Assembly: GCF_009914755.1 (NCBI RefSeq)
Contig: NC_060944.1
Length of the DNA: 64,000 nt
Strand: one strand, 5' to 3'
Origin: the human T2T-CHM13v2.0 reference genome, Homo sapiens
Made by a program: the position numbers and the translations under genes. This document shows positions 41,673-56,640 of this stretch, piece after piece. The stretch's first letter is position 1. Each line of letters starts with the position of its first letter. The notes below the pieces were generated by a model, which ran no database searches, was not told the origin of the DNA, and saw only the letters and a program-made list of their open reading frames with translations.

Positions 41673-44054
41673 GTTTCCTGTCTGTACACTCTAAAAAGAC
41701 ATTCCATGTTGACATTTTCTATTTATTGAAATGTCAGTTAGGAAAACAGATTTTTAAATGGCCAAAAAATTAAGTTATTTTCTGATCCAATTCTTGGCAT
41801 TCCTTGGGTCACATAAATTACAAGTCCTTAATTTGCATATAAAACTTACCTGTTATGTAGAACATTCTTACACTGTTCGGACTAATTCTTGGTAGTTGTG
41901 TCAGCAGACATGAGGTAGAGCATTCTTTTATAATTAGAAGGGAGACAAAATAAGGAAATACGATGTTCTTTTAAAATGTTTTATTTGAAAAAATTAAACA
42001 ATACAATGACTTTAAAAATCAACTTCTCTTCAGGTAAATGCTTTGAGCCAAGAGTCTTGTATGTGAAATAATTATATTGAAAAAGCTTGAATACCTTCTC
42101 ATGCCCTTAACTCTACAACTCCAGTTTAAATGGTTGAATGATGAACAAAGTTATCAGAATTTTGCTCAATAAATAGCTGGAGTGTGTCATAGAATAAAAC
42201 AGAATCAGGCCATGATTCAATCCTTTTGTGTTTGTTGTCCAGCACTGTGAAAAGTGTTGCTTTTAATGATTACACAGAGAAATGGGAAAATCCTGAACTG
42301 CCTTCAAAGCCATTAAGGAGATTTAGTCATGTTCAGCAGAGCATTAGATGTTTACGTATTTCATTGCTTCTCAATTTCCTGAAAACTTGTAAATTGCTGA
42401 TGCTTGCAAGATGATGGTACACAGAATTAACTTAGATGTGGGCTAACCAAAATCTATATATACTCTGAATAATGAACAAGACATTCTTCTGAAAAGAGGC
42501 CTGTAATACCCCACCTTTTTCAGGTGATAAATTCATTCCTTGGCCTTCACAGTATGCGTCTATGATTCAAAGTCTTACAAACTAGAATGCACCATTAGAA
42601 GGTGCAGAGACTCACTTACCAGACCCAGGAGTAGCCTACGAAGCTCCTCACTCTAATTAATAAAACAACACCTTTAAGCCTGCTCTGCAGTAGACAGGAA
42701 GTTTTCTTATATTTAATGACCATTCATCTGGACAGAAAGCCTTCCTACTGAGTGTTCAGAGACAGAGGCTCAATTTCCAGGTGAACACAACAGACAAGCA
42801 AGGCCCAATCATTTAGAGGAAACTGATCCCACGCCCACTACTTTATCTAAACATGCCACTATTCGTTCTATGTGGAACATTTTTTTTAAGTTTCAAGGAA
42901 AGTTAAGAAAAAATAGTAACTGATGTTATCAAAGGTTCATCTGTCAAAAAACCCAATGCATTTAAACTGAATACAAAAGCAAGCAGTGTGCTGGTTAGCA
43001 CATATTATTATTTCTTTATTGAGCAGTAAATCCTCTCTCTCAAGCAATAAAGTATTCTTTGAAGAATATCTAAACGTGTCAGAAGGGTAAGCAGTTCTGG
43101 CCTGAACAAAAAGGCTTTACGAATTTATGAATATTTCAATTCTTTATGGAGAAGAGAGAAGATATAAAGCAACAACCAACTGGAGAAAGAGCAAACAGAT
43201 GTGAAGTTTACTCAAAACATCCAGGACATAAATACTTTGACACATTATCTAGTCCAGTTGTATCCAACATAGGTTCCACAGACCTGCACTGCTGCAAGAA
43301 CTGTTTCTTACAAGTCTTCATAGAGATTAGTACAGAAATATTATAAACTCATATAACAATTCAACTCTATTTTATGTCTGTTGAATCTCATAATAATATA
43401 TTTGGTCTTGAATTTTATCTTATTTAGTTTTTAGTATCTCATTTGTATTATATTTTATAAAAATACTGGTCCACAATGAATTGGAAATTTAAAAAAAAAA
43501 TAAATGAACAGCAAGCAAACAAAAAAGGTTTTGTTTGTTTGTTTGTTTTACAGAAGTTTCAGTCAATTTCTGGCTTCCAAGTATAATAAGTTCTTATTAT
43601 AGGTCAGGCATTGCTAGGCACTTTTGTCCTATTTTTTAAAGTACCAATGAAATTTTTATGACTTCCTTTGGCATTCATTTTAGTACTTGGTGCCCTCACT
43701 ACCAGGAAAGCCAGACTTATGAGAAAACCAGATTTATGGTGCACTATCATGCACCATAGCACTGTGGATAGACATGAGAAAAGGCCATCACATTCTTCCT
43801 AGTCAATTCTCCATTACTGAGAAGACCCTGAGTAAAAGGTTGCCTGTGTTTTCTATGCTCATCTTCCCATCCACCCCACTTCTCCCTTTTTGCAGAGGAA
43901 AAAGATAAGAAGAACAGAGAAAGTGGAATTGACTGATTTTTGCCTGACGTAAATTTTAACATAGTTTAGAATAATAAGCACCCCACGACTAAATTGATTA
44001 CTCATTGTTTTCTTGTAACTACCATGAGGCTGGAATCAGAATTGCTTTGTCCAC

Positions 44055-45624
44055 ATTTACAATAATATCAAAAAGAATAAAATAATTAGGAACAAATCTA
44101 ACCATGAAGGTAAAAGATCTGTACACTGAAAACTATAAAACATTGACAAAAGAAATTGAAGAAGACATGAATAAGTGGAAAGATATTCTGTGTTCATGGA
44201 TTGAAGGAATTAATACTGTTAAAATGTCCAGACTATCCAAAGTGATATATAAATTCAACACAAACCCTATCAAAATTCCAATGGCTCTTTTCACAGAAAT
44301 AGAAATAAAATTCTAAAATGTCTGTGGAACCACGAAAGACCCCAAATAGCTAAAGCAATCTCGAGAAATAAAAACAAAGTTGGAGTAATCACAGTATCTG
44401 ATTTCAAATTGTATTACAAACCTATAGTAGTCAAAACATTTTAAAACATCTTGGTACTGGCATAGAAACAGACACCTGAACTAATGGAACAGAATAGAGA
44501 GCCCAGTAATAAACACAAGCGTATACAAAAAACTAGTTTTCAATAACAACACCAAGGAGACACAAGGAGAAAGGATAGTTTCTTCAATAAATGGTGCTGG
44601 AAAATTGGATATTCACTTGTAGAAGAATGATACTGGACCCTTACGCCACACACAAAAATCAACTCCAAATTAATTACAACCTAAATATAAGACCTGAAAT
44701 TATAAAGCTCCCGAAAAAAAAAAAAAGGGAAAAACTCCATAAAACTGGTTTTAGCAATGACTTTGTGGATAGGACAACTCAATAGCATAAAATGAATAGC
44801 CCAGTTGAAAAACGACCAAAGGATGTGAATAGACATTTCTCCAGTGAAGACATAGAAATGACCAACAGGTATTTGAAAAGGTATGCAACATCACTAAAAA
44901 ACAGGGAAATGAAAATCAAAACCACAATGAGATATCGCCTCACACCTGTTAGATGGCTATTATCAAAAAGACAAAAGATAACGACTGTTGACACGGATGT
45001 AGAGAAAATGGAACCCTTGAGCACTTTTGCTGTGAATGGAAACTGGTAAAATCACTATGGAAACCAGTATGGAAATTCCTCAAAAATTAAACATGGAACT
45101 ACCATGTGATCCAGCAATTCCTATTCTGGCATATGCTCAAAGCAAATGGAATCAGCACTTTGTAAAGATATTTGCACTCCCATGTTTATCGAATCATTAT
45201 TCACAATAGCCAAGATATGAAAACAACCTAAGTGTCTGGCAACTGATGATCGGATAAAAAATTGTGATACACGCACACACAAAATGGAATATTATTCTGC
45301 CTTAGAAAGGAAGGAGATCCTGCCATTTGCAATATGATGAACCTAGAGACATTATGCTAAGTGAAATAAGCAGAAAAGAAAACATACTGCATGATCTTTC
45401 TTATATACAGCATCTTAAAAAAGCTTGAATACATAAAATTAGAGTAGAAATGTGATTACCAGAGGTAGGGGGAGATAGGGAGATGTAGACAAAAAGGTAC
45501 AAAGTTGCAGTTTTTCAGATGAATGCATCTAGAGTAGATCTAATGTGCAGCATGTGGACTACAGTACATAGCATTGTACTGTATACTGGAAATTTGCTAA
45601 GGCAGTAGATTTTTGGTGCTCTTG

Positions 45625-45668
<44 letters not shown>

Positions 45669-45785
45669 GCTATCTATGTGAAATCATGGATATGTTAATT
45701 GGCTTGAGTGTAGTAATCATTTCAATGCAAATATGTATATCAAAATATGATGTTATATATTACATATATACAATAAAAATAATTT
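44055..45785 (+). mobile_element. L1MA9-like 3' portion with an internal deletion and (CA)n
   Basis: ORF2 remnants ([31 protein letters not shown]; KDVNRHFS...MKIKTTMRYRLTPVR); L1MA-type 3'UTR; (CA)~20 at ~45627-45667. Confidence 0.88.
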
Positions 45786-47149
45786 TATTAAAATAATTGT
45801 GGTATCCAAAGTCCACAAAAAGTTTCCAAACACTTGAAAGAGGTCGTTTTCCAAATAGGTCAGACCAGGGGCAAAGCTTCTGTGTTGGAAGCAGAGGGTA
45901 TATCTTGAAATTTGGCTGATTGCAATTGCTTTGTCCTTCAATCTAGACATTAAGGGTTCTCATTGTTTTGCCACCAGTAGAATATTTTCCAAAGGCAGTG
46001 CCTCTAATTAGGCATCAATTAACCTTAATTAAGACAGTTCTTGCGTAACAGCGTACCCAGAGAGTTCACTAAACAAACAGCTTGACAAACACTGGCATTT
46101 TAAATCTTTTCCAAACATGTCACTTTCTTAATTAGGTAGTCAGGTTGTGAAGACTATATTCACAGACATTATTTGGGAAATTAGAGCAGGGAAGATGGAG
46201 CCAGTTCCTCTTCACGCTCCTTAAATGCATTGGTTACAGCAGAACTTGCTGCTAGAAATGCACCCATAAGGCAGCACCAGGAAGAACACAGCATTTGCTC
46301 CAGGTGGGAAGCACGATGGCAGCAAATTACTAAAGTTAGTTTCATTTTTCAGGGAAAGATTAGAAAATAAAAGGAGAAATTTTATGGAAATAATGAAAGG
46401 ACTTACTATTGATCTTTTTCCTGTTTGTATTAAGCTGAAAGTCACACATACATTATAAATTTAATAGAAAATGATGACAAATTTGGTCTTTTAAACTATG
46501 TCTTTGACATATTGATAATATTGGATCCTATGATTTAAAAGACCTATTTCCATTCATTCAAGTCATTATTTAGGATATTCAACAGATTTTTTTATATTGA
46601 GACTGCACAGTTCTTATTAATTCATTTTTTGTTGCTTTTGTAAATGAAATAGCTTTTAAACATATTTAATTTTATCTTAAAATATTTTAATGTAAAATTT
46701 ATCATATAAAAATGTACAAAATATGCATATGTAGCATTTTAAAAATATATACAGTACTTATACATTTTTATAACACCAGCTTAAGAAATAGAACATTAAT
46801 ATTCAGTTTAAATCCCCCTGCATTCCCTCCCTAATTGCACTCATTTTCTGCCTTCCAATCCAGAAGTCTTTTCTAAATCTGTGCTAATCATCTTGATTAT
46901 ATTTAGATGTTATTCTGCACCTATGTGTATTATAAACTTAAATTTTGTGTAATTCTGCACATTTTTGGCATTTATATTAGTGGAATCATGCTGTAATATT
47001 TTTATTATTTAATTTTTTCCATTAACATACTTTTGACTTTCATCCAAATACATGTAACTCAACTTTGTTTTCACTACTGTAAGTTATTGTCACATGACTA
47101 TATCTTAAAACATATAATTATTCACTCTAATGAAATAGAACATTTGGAC

Positions 47150-47691
47150 TGTGCAGCAGGCAGAATTCCGGGATGGCACCCAAATAATCAAACCCTGATG
47201 TATAGATACCTTCTCCCACTTATTGGATCACACAACAATCTAGGAGCTGCTGTGAAGAGGCTTTGCAGATGTAATTAAAATCCCTAATCAGTTGATTTTA
47301 AGTTGAGAAGATAATCATGGGTGGCCTAATCTACTCAGATGAATCCTTATATAAAATCAGAGCGATTCAAAGCAGGAGACAGTCATATGGCAAGGAATTG
47401 CTGGTGACCTGTAGAGTGGAGACGGGCCCCCAGCCAACAGCCAGCAAGCAGATGAGAACCCCAACCCCACAGCTGCAAGAAGCTGAATTCTGCCAACTGT
47501 GTCACAGTAGCTTGAGAGAGAACCCACATTAGAAATAAACGCAGCCCAGCCAACACCTTGACTTCAGCCATAAGTAACAAATTCAGCTAGGCTGAGCTCA
47601 GACTTCTGACCTATAGGACGTGTGAGATGATAAATGTTTTAAGCCATGTAATCCGTGGCTATTGGTTAAACAGCAAAGGGAAATCAATACA
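47150..47691 (+). mobile_element. MLT1E-like LTR
   Basis: 'ggctttgcagatgtaattaa...ctaatcagttgattttaag', 'ccagccaacagccagcaag' and 'ctgaattctgcca'. Confidence 0.8.
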
Positions 47692-49707
47692 AGCTATGTT
47701 CATAATTGTCTACTTTAGACAATGCTGTTCTGAATGTTTTTGTACATGTTACCTGGTACACTTGTGCAGGAGTTGAAGTCATATACCTAGAAATAGAACA
47801 GAACTATGTAGTTACATAATACACACATTACTGGATAATGTCAAATTATTTTCCAAAGTAATTTCAATTTATATGTCCACCAGCAGTCATGAGAGTTTTC
47901 TTTTGCTTCATATCCTTCCCCAAGCATGGGATTGGCAGGATTTAAGTATTTTCCAGACTAGTGACTATAAAATAATATTTAATTGTTGGTTTTAATTTGC
48001 AATTCTCTGAATTATTAATGACGGAGCATTTTTTCATTTTCATGGGTTTTTTTTTTTGCCATTTGCGTTTCTGCTCGTAAGAAATGCTTTTTCAAGGGAC
48101 TCATTCTTATTGATCCACAGGATTGGTTAATTATTTCCTCACTAATTTGCTGAGTCAGTTTGAATTATATCAGTTTTTCAGATTCCTGAGTCAACATTTG
48201 GTTATCTGTTATGTGCCTGTGGTAGAATATTTGTTTATTTCTATGACATATCATACTTTATTACTTATATATCCACTTATCTACCTCTAATGCAGCTTGT
48301 ATTTATGGTTATTTGGAGCCCTTTGCTCTTCCAGATACATTTTAGAACAATCTTGTCAAATTTTATTTGATAAAATAAAAATACTATTGTAAAATGTTAT
48401 TTTATTTCAATTATATTGAATCTGTAAGTCAATTTGGGAACAAATGGCATCTATAATGCTGAGAGTGAGTCTTTACTCATGAAAACAATGTCTATATATT
48501 TAGTTCTTCTTTAATGTCATTTTTAAGGTTTTATAATTATTTACATAAAAATCTTCCATGCCTTTTGTGAAATGTTGTCCTAGGTACCAAACAAATTAAT
48601 TGCTATTGTATCTGGTATCTTTTTAAAATTTTTATTTTTCTAACATTTATTTTAAGTTTAGGGGTACATGTGCAGGATGTGCAGGTTTGTTTCATAGGAA
48701 AACATGTGTCATGGTGGTTTGTTGCATATTTCATTTCATCACTCATGTATCAAGCCTATTATCTATTAGTTATTTTCCCTGGTCCTCTCCCTCCTCCCAC
48801 CCTCTGCCCTCTGACAGGACCCAGTGTGTGTTGTTCTCCTCTTTGTTTCCATGTGTTCCTCATCATTTGGATCCCACTTGAAAGTGGGCATATGTAGTGC
48901 TTGGTTTTCTGTTCTCGCATTAGTTTGCTAAGAATAGTGGCCTCCAGCTCCATCCATGTCCCTGCAAAGGACATAATCTCATTATTTTTATGGCTGTATA
49001 GTATTCCATGGTGTATATGTACCATAGTTTCTTTTTCCAGCATATCATTGATGGGCATTTGGGTTGATTGCATGTCTTTGCTATTTTCATGTCTTTGCTG
49101 CAATGAACATACACATGCATGTGCCTTTATAATAGAATGACTTATACTCCCTTGGGTATATACCCAGTAATGGAATTGCTGGGTCAAATAGTATTTCTGT
49201 CTCTAGGTCTTTAAGGAATCGCCACACTGTCTTCCACAATGGTTGAATTAATTTACATTCCCACCAATAGTGTAAAAGCAGTCCTTTTAAACCACTACCT
49301 CACCATCATCTGTTATTTTTGGATTTTTTAATAGTAGCCACTCTGACTGGTATGAGATTGGTATCGCATTGTGGTTTTGATTTGCATTTCTCTAAGTATC
49401 AGTGATATTGAGCCTTTTTTCCTGATTGTTAGCCACATGTATGTCTCCTTTTGAGAAGTGTCTATTCATGTCCTTTGCCCACTTTTTAATGGGGTTTTTT
49501 TTTTCTCATAAATTTGTTTAAGTTCTTTATAGATGCTGGATATTAGACCTTTGTCAGATGCATAGTTTGCAAAAAATTTCTCCCATTCTGTAGGTCTGTT
49601 TACTCTATTGATAGTTTCTTTTGCTGTGCAGAAGCTCTTTAGTTTAATTAGATCCCGTTTGTCAATGATTTCTTTTGTTGCAATTGCTTTCGGCATCTTT
49701 GTCATGA

Positions 49708-50052
<345 letters not shown>

Positions 50053-50108
50053 TCTTCTAGGGTTTTTGTAGTTTGAGGTATTTAAGTCTTTAATCCATCT
50101 TGAGTTGA

Positions 50109-50395
50109 TTTTTTTTTTTTTTTTCCTGAGGGTCTTACTCTGTTGCTCAGGCTGGAGGGCAGTAGCATGATCTCGGCTCACTGTAGCCTCAACGTCCTAG
50201 GCTCAGATGATTTTCCCACCTCAGCCTCCTAAGTAGCTGGGATTACAGGTTCGTGCAACCACGCCTGGCTAATTTTTGTGTTTTTAGTAGAGACGGGGTT
50301 GCCCAGGCTGGTCTCGAACCCCTGGACTCAAGCAATCCACCTGCCTCGGCCTCCCAGAGTGCTGGGATTACAGGCATGAGCCACTGTGCCCAACC
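50109..50395 (-). mobile_element. AluJ
   Basis: J-type 'ggtcttactctgttg', 'ctgtagcctcaacgtcctaggctca' and 'ggactcaagcaatcc'; degenerate TSD ttgagttgatt / ttgatttgatt. Confidence 0.85.
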
Positions 50396-50798
50396 TTGAT
50401 TTGATTCTTTTATACGATGTAAGGAAGGGGTCCAGTTTCAATTTTCTGCATATAGCTAGGCAGTTATATAATATCTTTTTAAATTGCATTTTTCTAATTG
50501 TTTGTGGATAACATTTGGAAATAAAATAGACTTTGTGCATTATACCCAGAAAATTCACTGAAATCTCTTTTCAAATCTAGTAATTTTCTGATAGAAAATT
50601 TTCTTTGAGACAATCATATCACGGGGAGATCATAAAAATTTAGTTTCATCCTTTCTAATTTTTTCACTTTTGATTACTTTTTCTTGTCCTATTATACTGG
50701 CTAGGACCTCTGACCCATGCTGGATAAAAATGTTAGTAGCAAATGCCCTTGTCACTCTCCTGATTTTAAAGAAAATACTTTCAAATGTTTTGTTACCA

Positions 50799-51263
50799 TG
50801 ATGGTTAATTTTATTTGTCAACTTGGCTGGGACATAGTGTCCAGGTATTTGGTAAAACACTATTTTGGATGTTTCTGTGAGTGTGGTTTTTTTTTTAATG
50901 AAATAAACATTTAAATGGGTGGACTCTGGGTACAGCAGATTGCCCTTCATAATGTGAGGGGGTTTCATCCAATCAGTTGAAAGCCTGAATAGAAGAAAAG
51001 ACTAACTTTGCCCTAGCAAAGAAGAATTCTGCCAGCACATAACCATTAGATTTCAACTGCCACATGGGATGTTCTTCAGATCTTCAGCCCCCCACCCCAC
51101 CCTGCAGGTTCTGAACTTGCCAACCTGCATAATTGTGTGTACCAGTTCCTTAAATCTCATGTATGGGTGTGTGTGTGCACGTGTGTGAGGGAAACAAACA
51201 CACACATACACAAACACCCTCATCCTATTTGTCCTGTTTCTTTGGAGAACCCTGACTAATACA
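50799..51263 (+). mobile_element. MLT2 (ERVL) solo LTR
   Basis: 'tgatggttaattttatttgtcaacttggctgg ... ggagaaccctgactaataca'. Confidence 0.88.
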
Positions 51264-54099
51264 ATCATTCAAAAGATTTTGTGGTTATTTGTTAAATAAA
51301 AATGTTTTATCACTTAAGAAAGTTCTATTCCTATTTTGTTGAGAAATTTTTCTGGTTGGATTTTGTCATGAATGGTCATTAAATTTTGTCATTTTGAAAC
51401 ATCTATTGCAATGATTATAAATCTGTTATACTTTTCTTTTTCAATATCTCAGGATAGTGAATTATACCACATAATAATCTTACATATAAGCAACAAATCC
51501 AAGTTGGTCAAGATGTATTATGCCCTTTGTTTTATTATGCAGTACTGGATTCCATTTTTATTGATTTTGAGTGGGAGGTGAAAGATTTGCATTCATGTTC
51601 ATGAGGGCTTTAATTATAATTTTCATTTATCCTATTGTCCTACCCTGATTTTGATACTAATATTTTATTAACTTCAAAACATGAGTTTCAAAGTACCATC
51701 TTTTTCTAGTCTCTGAAAGAATTTTCTTAAATTTACAGTCGTCTAGTCCTTGAATACTTGGTATAACTATGATTTAAAGTAAGTAGGGTAAGAAAAAGGG
51801 AATTCAAATTTTCTATATTCTGGAAACATTCATATTTCTTGGAATTATATCTCAATTTCACTACATTTTTCAATACATAGGAACCCATTGCTCTACGATC
51901 ACCTCTATTATTTTATTCCCTGCATCTTCAAAAATGCACATTTTGCATTCGTAAAGTTACTTATTTGGGACTTTTATTCTTTATATGTCTTGTTAGAGGG
52001 TTGTCAGTTTTTATGGTATTTTGAAATGAATAGAAATTGATATTACTGATATTATCTATGTTACATTTGTTTTCTTTTTACTAATTCCTGTTCTTTATTG
52101 CTTCCTTTTTTGTTTTTGATTTGCAATGCTTTATTCTGATGATTACTTTTATTTTTGTTTGATTTTTGTTGCTTTTTATTAAGTTGAAATCTTAGCTCAT
52201 TAATGTTTAGCCTTCCTTCTGTTCTGGTATGGTATAAGCCTTTGAGGCTATGATTTTCCCTGTAAGAATCATTATCTGTGTCACACAAATTTTAACAGAT
52301 AGTAGTTCTGTTATTATTTAATGCAAATAAATTGCTAAATCTGAACAAAATCCTTTGTTTCTTCTCTTAGTCTATGCCAACATGTGAACGCCCCAAATGG
52401 GATTGTTTTATGTTTTCTGTTCTGCTTTTTTTTTTTTTTTTATGCTGGGCTGTGCTTCTGTTTCAGGGCTTTACCTTTCATATGAGACTAGTGACAGGTC
52501 CAAGGGCTCCCAGTTCACCAAGGAAATCTTTGATTGGTCTTTTCGCCGTAGGGATAATAGTTCACCTTTTTTCTGTATTCTTTCTAAGCTTAATGATCAT
52601 GCTAACTTCAGTAGATCCACTTCCCAGCTACCAGTTACCAGACTAAGATAATGCTGATCTTACCTTGACCATTCTACCTCACTTGTTTCCACTATCAGTA
52701 TCCTTTGATCTGTAAGTCTTCAGATTCTGTCTCCATGCACATAGGTGAACATTATTTTATTCCTGAACTTTCGGTCAAAAGATGGTGTCTTCTGGACAAG
52801 GTGGAAATGACCATTGCCGGAGGAAGCAACAGACCCCCTCCCGCCTTGCTGTGTCCGCCTGACAGGGATTTAGCAGGTCCTGTGAGAACATCAAAGGCTG
52901 TGGAGAGCTGAAGGAAAGTCACCTCATGCCTTTTAAATCCTTTATCTTTCTTTTCAAACCTGCAATGTGTGAGTATTCATTATATACAACTTGTATTCAA
53001 ATTTATGCTATTCAAGCAGAAAAAAATGTCTTTCATCAATCTTAAATTCTTTAAATATTTTCTAATCCTCTACATGTAGGTTAGAGTGAGCAGCCATTTG
53101 GAAGACTGGAATAATTTCTCCTGATACATGGACTTGGGCAAAGTATTTTTCACTAAAGTAATAAAAATACAATTGTAGAAACATAAACATAAAAAGCGAA
53201 AATATTAGGAAGATACAGAGGTTTCTGTGAACTCTGTGGTCTGTTGGGACTGAGGAGAGTCTTGGAAACAAGAGTTAGAAATTAATGTGTTTGAGCTTGA
53301 AAGTCACTTTAAATCCCAATTATAAATTCTCAAGAGAGAGGAAATCTATTGAATGTGAGTTGGGATAGATCCCCACTCAGTGTCTAATCAATGATGGCAA
53401 CAGGGTGAGGACACAGAGTATTGAAAGAACTTTGGAGATCAATTGCTTTATGTGAGGGCCAATGATTCTTAGAGGGAAAAAGGTGGCTCTTCATAAAGAG
53501 GAGAATTGGTCCTGCAGTCAAATCTTAATAATTTCTGCCAGACTTTAGAGGGAAAGGAAATAAACTGAAAATGAATAGATATAATATTATTTTATTTTAT
53601 GGCAGCAAATGGAAAGTTAAGATGTGAATAATCAGTTTGTCTTTAAAGCAAAGAAAAAAGCAACAAACAAGAGTTGATATCAAATCAAATGGAGTAAACA
53701 CAATACAAATATATAATAAGATAAACACACGCCCTTGGAAACGATAATTAAAGATAAGATTTCTAACACATATGGGGACTATCTCAAATGTAAAGAAATA
53801 ATGTATGAATATCATAAGCACTTACAAATTTCATAAGGTGAAAAAAACATTATATGTAAGCAAGAAAATTTGGCTGGCCTTTGATTTCTTCTGTGAAATT
53901 TAGATACCAAAACTACTCCGAGAAACATCTAAAGGTTTTGAGTAGAAAACCTGAGATTCCCATAATTTAAAATTAACCAAGTTTCCTTTCATGTTCTTAA
54001 ATCAAAGAAAGATGTTTTCCTCCTTCCAAGTAGGGAGGAAGTGTTCTGCCAACTAAGAGAATCCGTTTCCTCAGTGAATAAAGTTTCCACTCCTCTCCT

Positions 54100-54410
54100 T
54101 ACCTGGCAACTCCTTTTTGTTCATCATCCTTCAGAATCAACTCCACGGCAGTTTCTTCCCTGGGTTCTTCCCTGGGTTCTCAAACTAAAGCATGATAGTG
54201 TGTTATTGTCTTTTGCAGAACAAAATCTTTTCTTTCATAGCATATTTCAAAGCTTGTATCTGTATTTCTAATGGGTTTCATTGTTAAATATCAGCCTTCC
54301 ATATTAGGTTATGAGACTCACGAGGACAGGCACTGTTTCTATTTTGTTCACCACTGTACACACCGTGCATAGTGCAGAGTCTGAGAGAACACAGTTACTC
54401 AATACATGTG
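54100..54410 (+). mobile_element. L2 3' end
   Basis: 'ttttgttcaccactgtaca...ttactcaatacat'. Confidence 0.6.
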
Positions 54411-54630
54411 ATGGGAAGGGAAGGGAAAAAAGAGAAAGGAGTCATATCCCTTACTTGAATTGGCCGTGGGAAGCCACGTGGGGAAAAAGGACAGGAGCAG
54501 TAAAAGGCAGGAGGGTTGATTGCTGGTCCCAGGATCTGATTGGGGTTCCAAGAGGTCCACTATAAAAGGTTTTATTCCCAGAGAGAGATGGAGAGAGGAG
54601 TTTATGAAACCATAGAAACAGAAGGAATGA

Positions 54631-55214
<584 letters not shown>

Positions 55215-55959
55215 TCCAGCTTTCTTTTTAATTGGGGAGCTCTCCTTACCCATGTGAGCAGTTCCGGGCTTTGCCCTTCACACCACATTTCCTCTGGCTA
55301 TTAAGGACCTCATTGTTGAGGTCAACCATAGTATAGATGTGCTTATAAGAGTCACAGAATATTGACATTGAGGAGGGGGTTTGTTCATACCAGGCCATTC
55401 AGAACTGGTTGGGCAAAGTCCCAAGGCATGAGCGGCATCCTGCTACTAAGACTTCCTTAGGGGCTGTGCTGACACTTGTTGTGGGCCTTCCAGTACCCAC
55501 AGTGAGAGATGAGCAACTACTCTTGCTCTTCCACCTGGGGAACATGCAGTGTTCACTCAAGATGGTGGTTCAGTTTCCATGCAACTCTCAGCACTGGATA
55601 CTAATAGGGCATGGCTCTCTCTCAGGGTGCATTACTTGTACTTTTTGTGGTTCCGTTGGGTCAGTACTCTTACCCCAACCTCCTATAAACCCATATGTAA
55701 CTCACCTTACCCAGGTGAGGCTCCTCTAGCTTGGCTCTTCCTGGGCTTTTGCTTCTTCAGAACTTAAAAATCTTCATCATTCCCTTGCAAATTCCAGAAC
55801 AGCATAATTATAAACTCAGCATTTATAATTCCTACTAAAGTACTGAATATTTTAACACTTGCTAATTTTTTACCCATGAATATTATATGTAGAATGTAAA
55901 AAAAAAAAAAGAAAAACGGAACAAGGAAAGTCGATCTATAAGAAATTGTATTACCAATC

Positions 55960-56640
55960 AGCGATCATAGGTCAATGTTTTAATTTTTGTTGTTTAAATT
56001 ATATATATGTATTCTTATTTTTGTCAGCTTAATTCATCCAGTTTGGGTAGAGTTTTCTTAAAGTCATCAGTTTCCGTATTTGTTAGTTTTTCCTTAAAAT
56101 TCTGTAGATTTTACTTTTGTTAGCCTCAAGCCTATGTTGTAGAGTGCTTACAAGTTCAGAATTGGCATGGTTTCTCATTAGCTTGTTTTATTTTTTTTTC
56201 CATTACAGGGTGTCCCTTTTTATTCTACTAATGTTGTTTTAAATTTTATTTTGTCAGACATCACTTTTCTTACACTGATTTTTTTACTTAGTATTGGTTT
56301 TGTTTTTCATGCTTTTATTTTAAATCTTTCTATGTGGTGTTTTTTTTTTTTAGGTGTTTGTTTCTTTGTCTTTATCTTATGGAAGCAGCCTATTTCAAAT
56401 TCAATTTTATAAACTGTAATTGTTAATAGGTGAGTTTAATTCATTAACATTTTCTGTGAGTCTAGTGGGGTTTATGTCTGTCACCTTATTGTTTTTGTGA
56501 GATGATCATGCTTTTTCTTTATTGCTGTATTTTCTTTCCCTGCTTTCTTTTTGGTTGGTAAAATTTCCTATTTTCTTTGCTTTATTTGCTTTGCAATAAA
56601 TTGTTTTGCTTATTTGTTTGATTTTTGATTTCACAGCTGC
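55960..56640 (-). mobile_element. Ancient L1 ORF2 endonuclease-region fragment
   Basis: 'gcctatgttgtagagtgcttacaagttcagaattg' and 'ggtgagtttaattcattaacattt' resemble antisense EN-coding sequence. Confidence 0.6.

Noticed and set aside
36480-43090. Isolated strong splice donors (e.g. aaggtaaga ~36480, cttaccag ~42616 on the - strand, gggtaagc ~43085)
   Set aside because: No matched acceptor or coding frame; a gene model cannot be supported from sequence alone.
52426-52441. Poly-T as the tail of a third retrocopy
   Set aside because: No polyA signal, TSD or recognisable parent.
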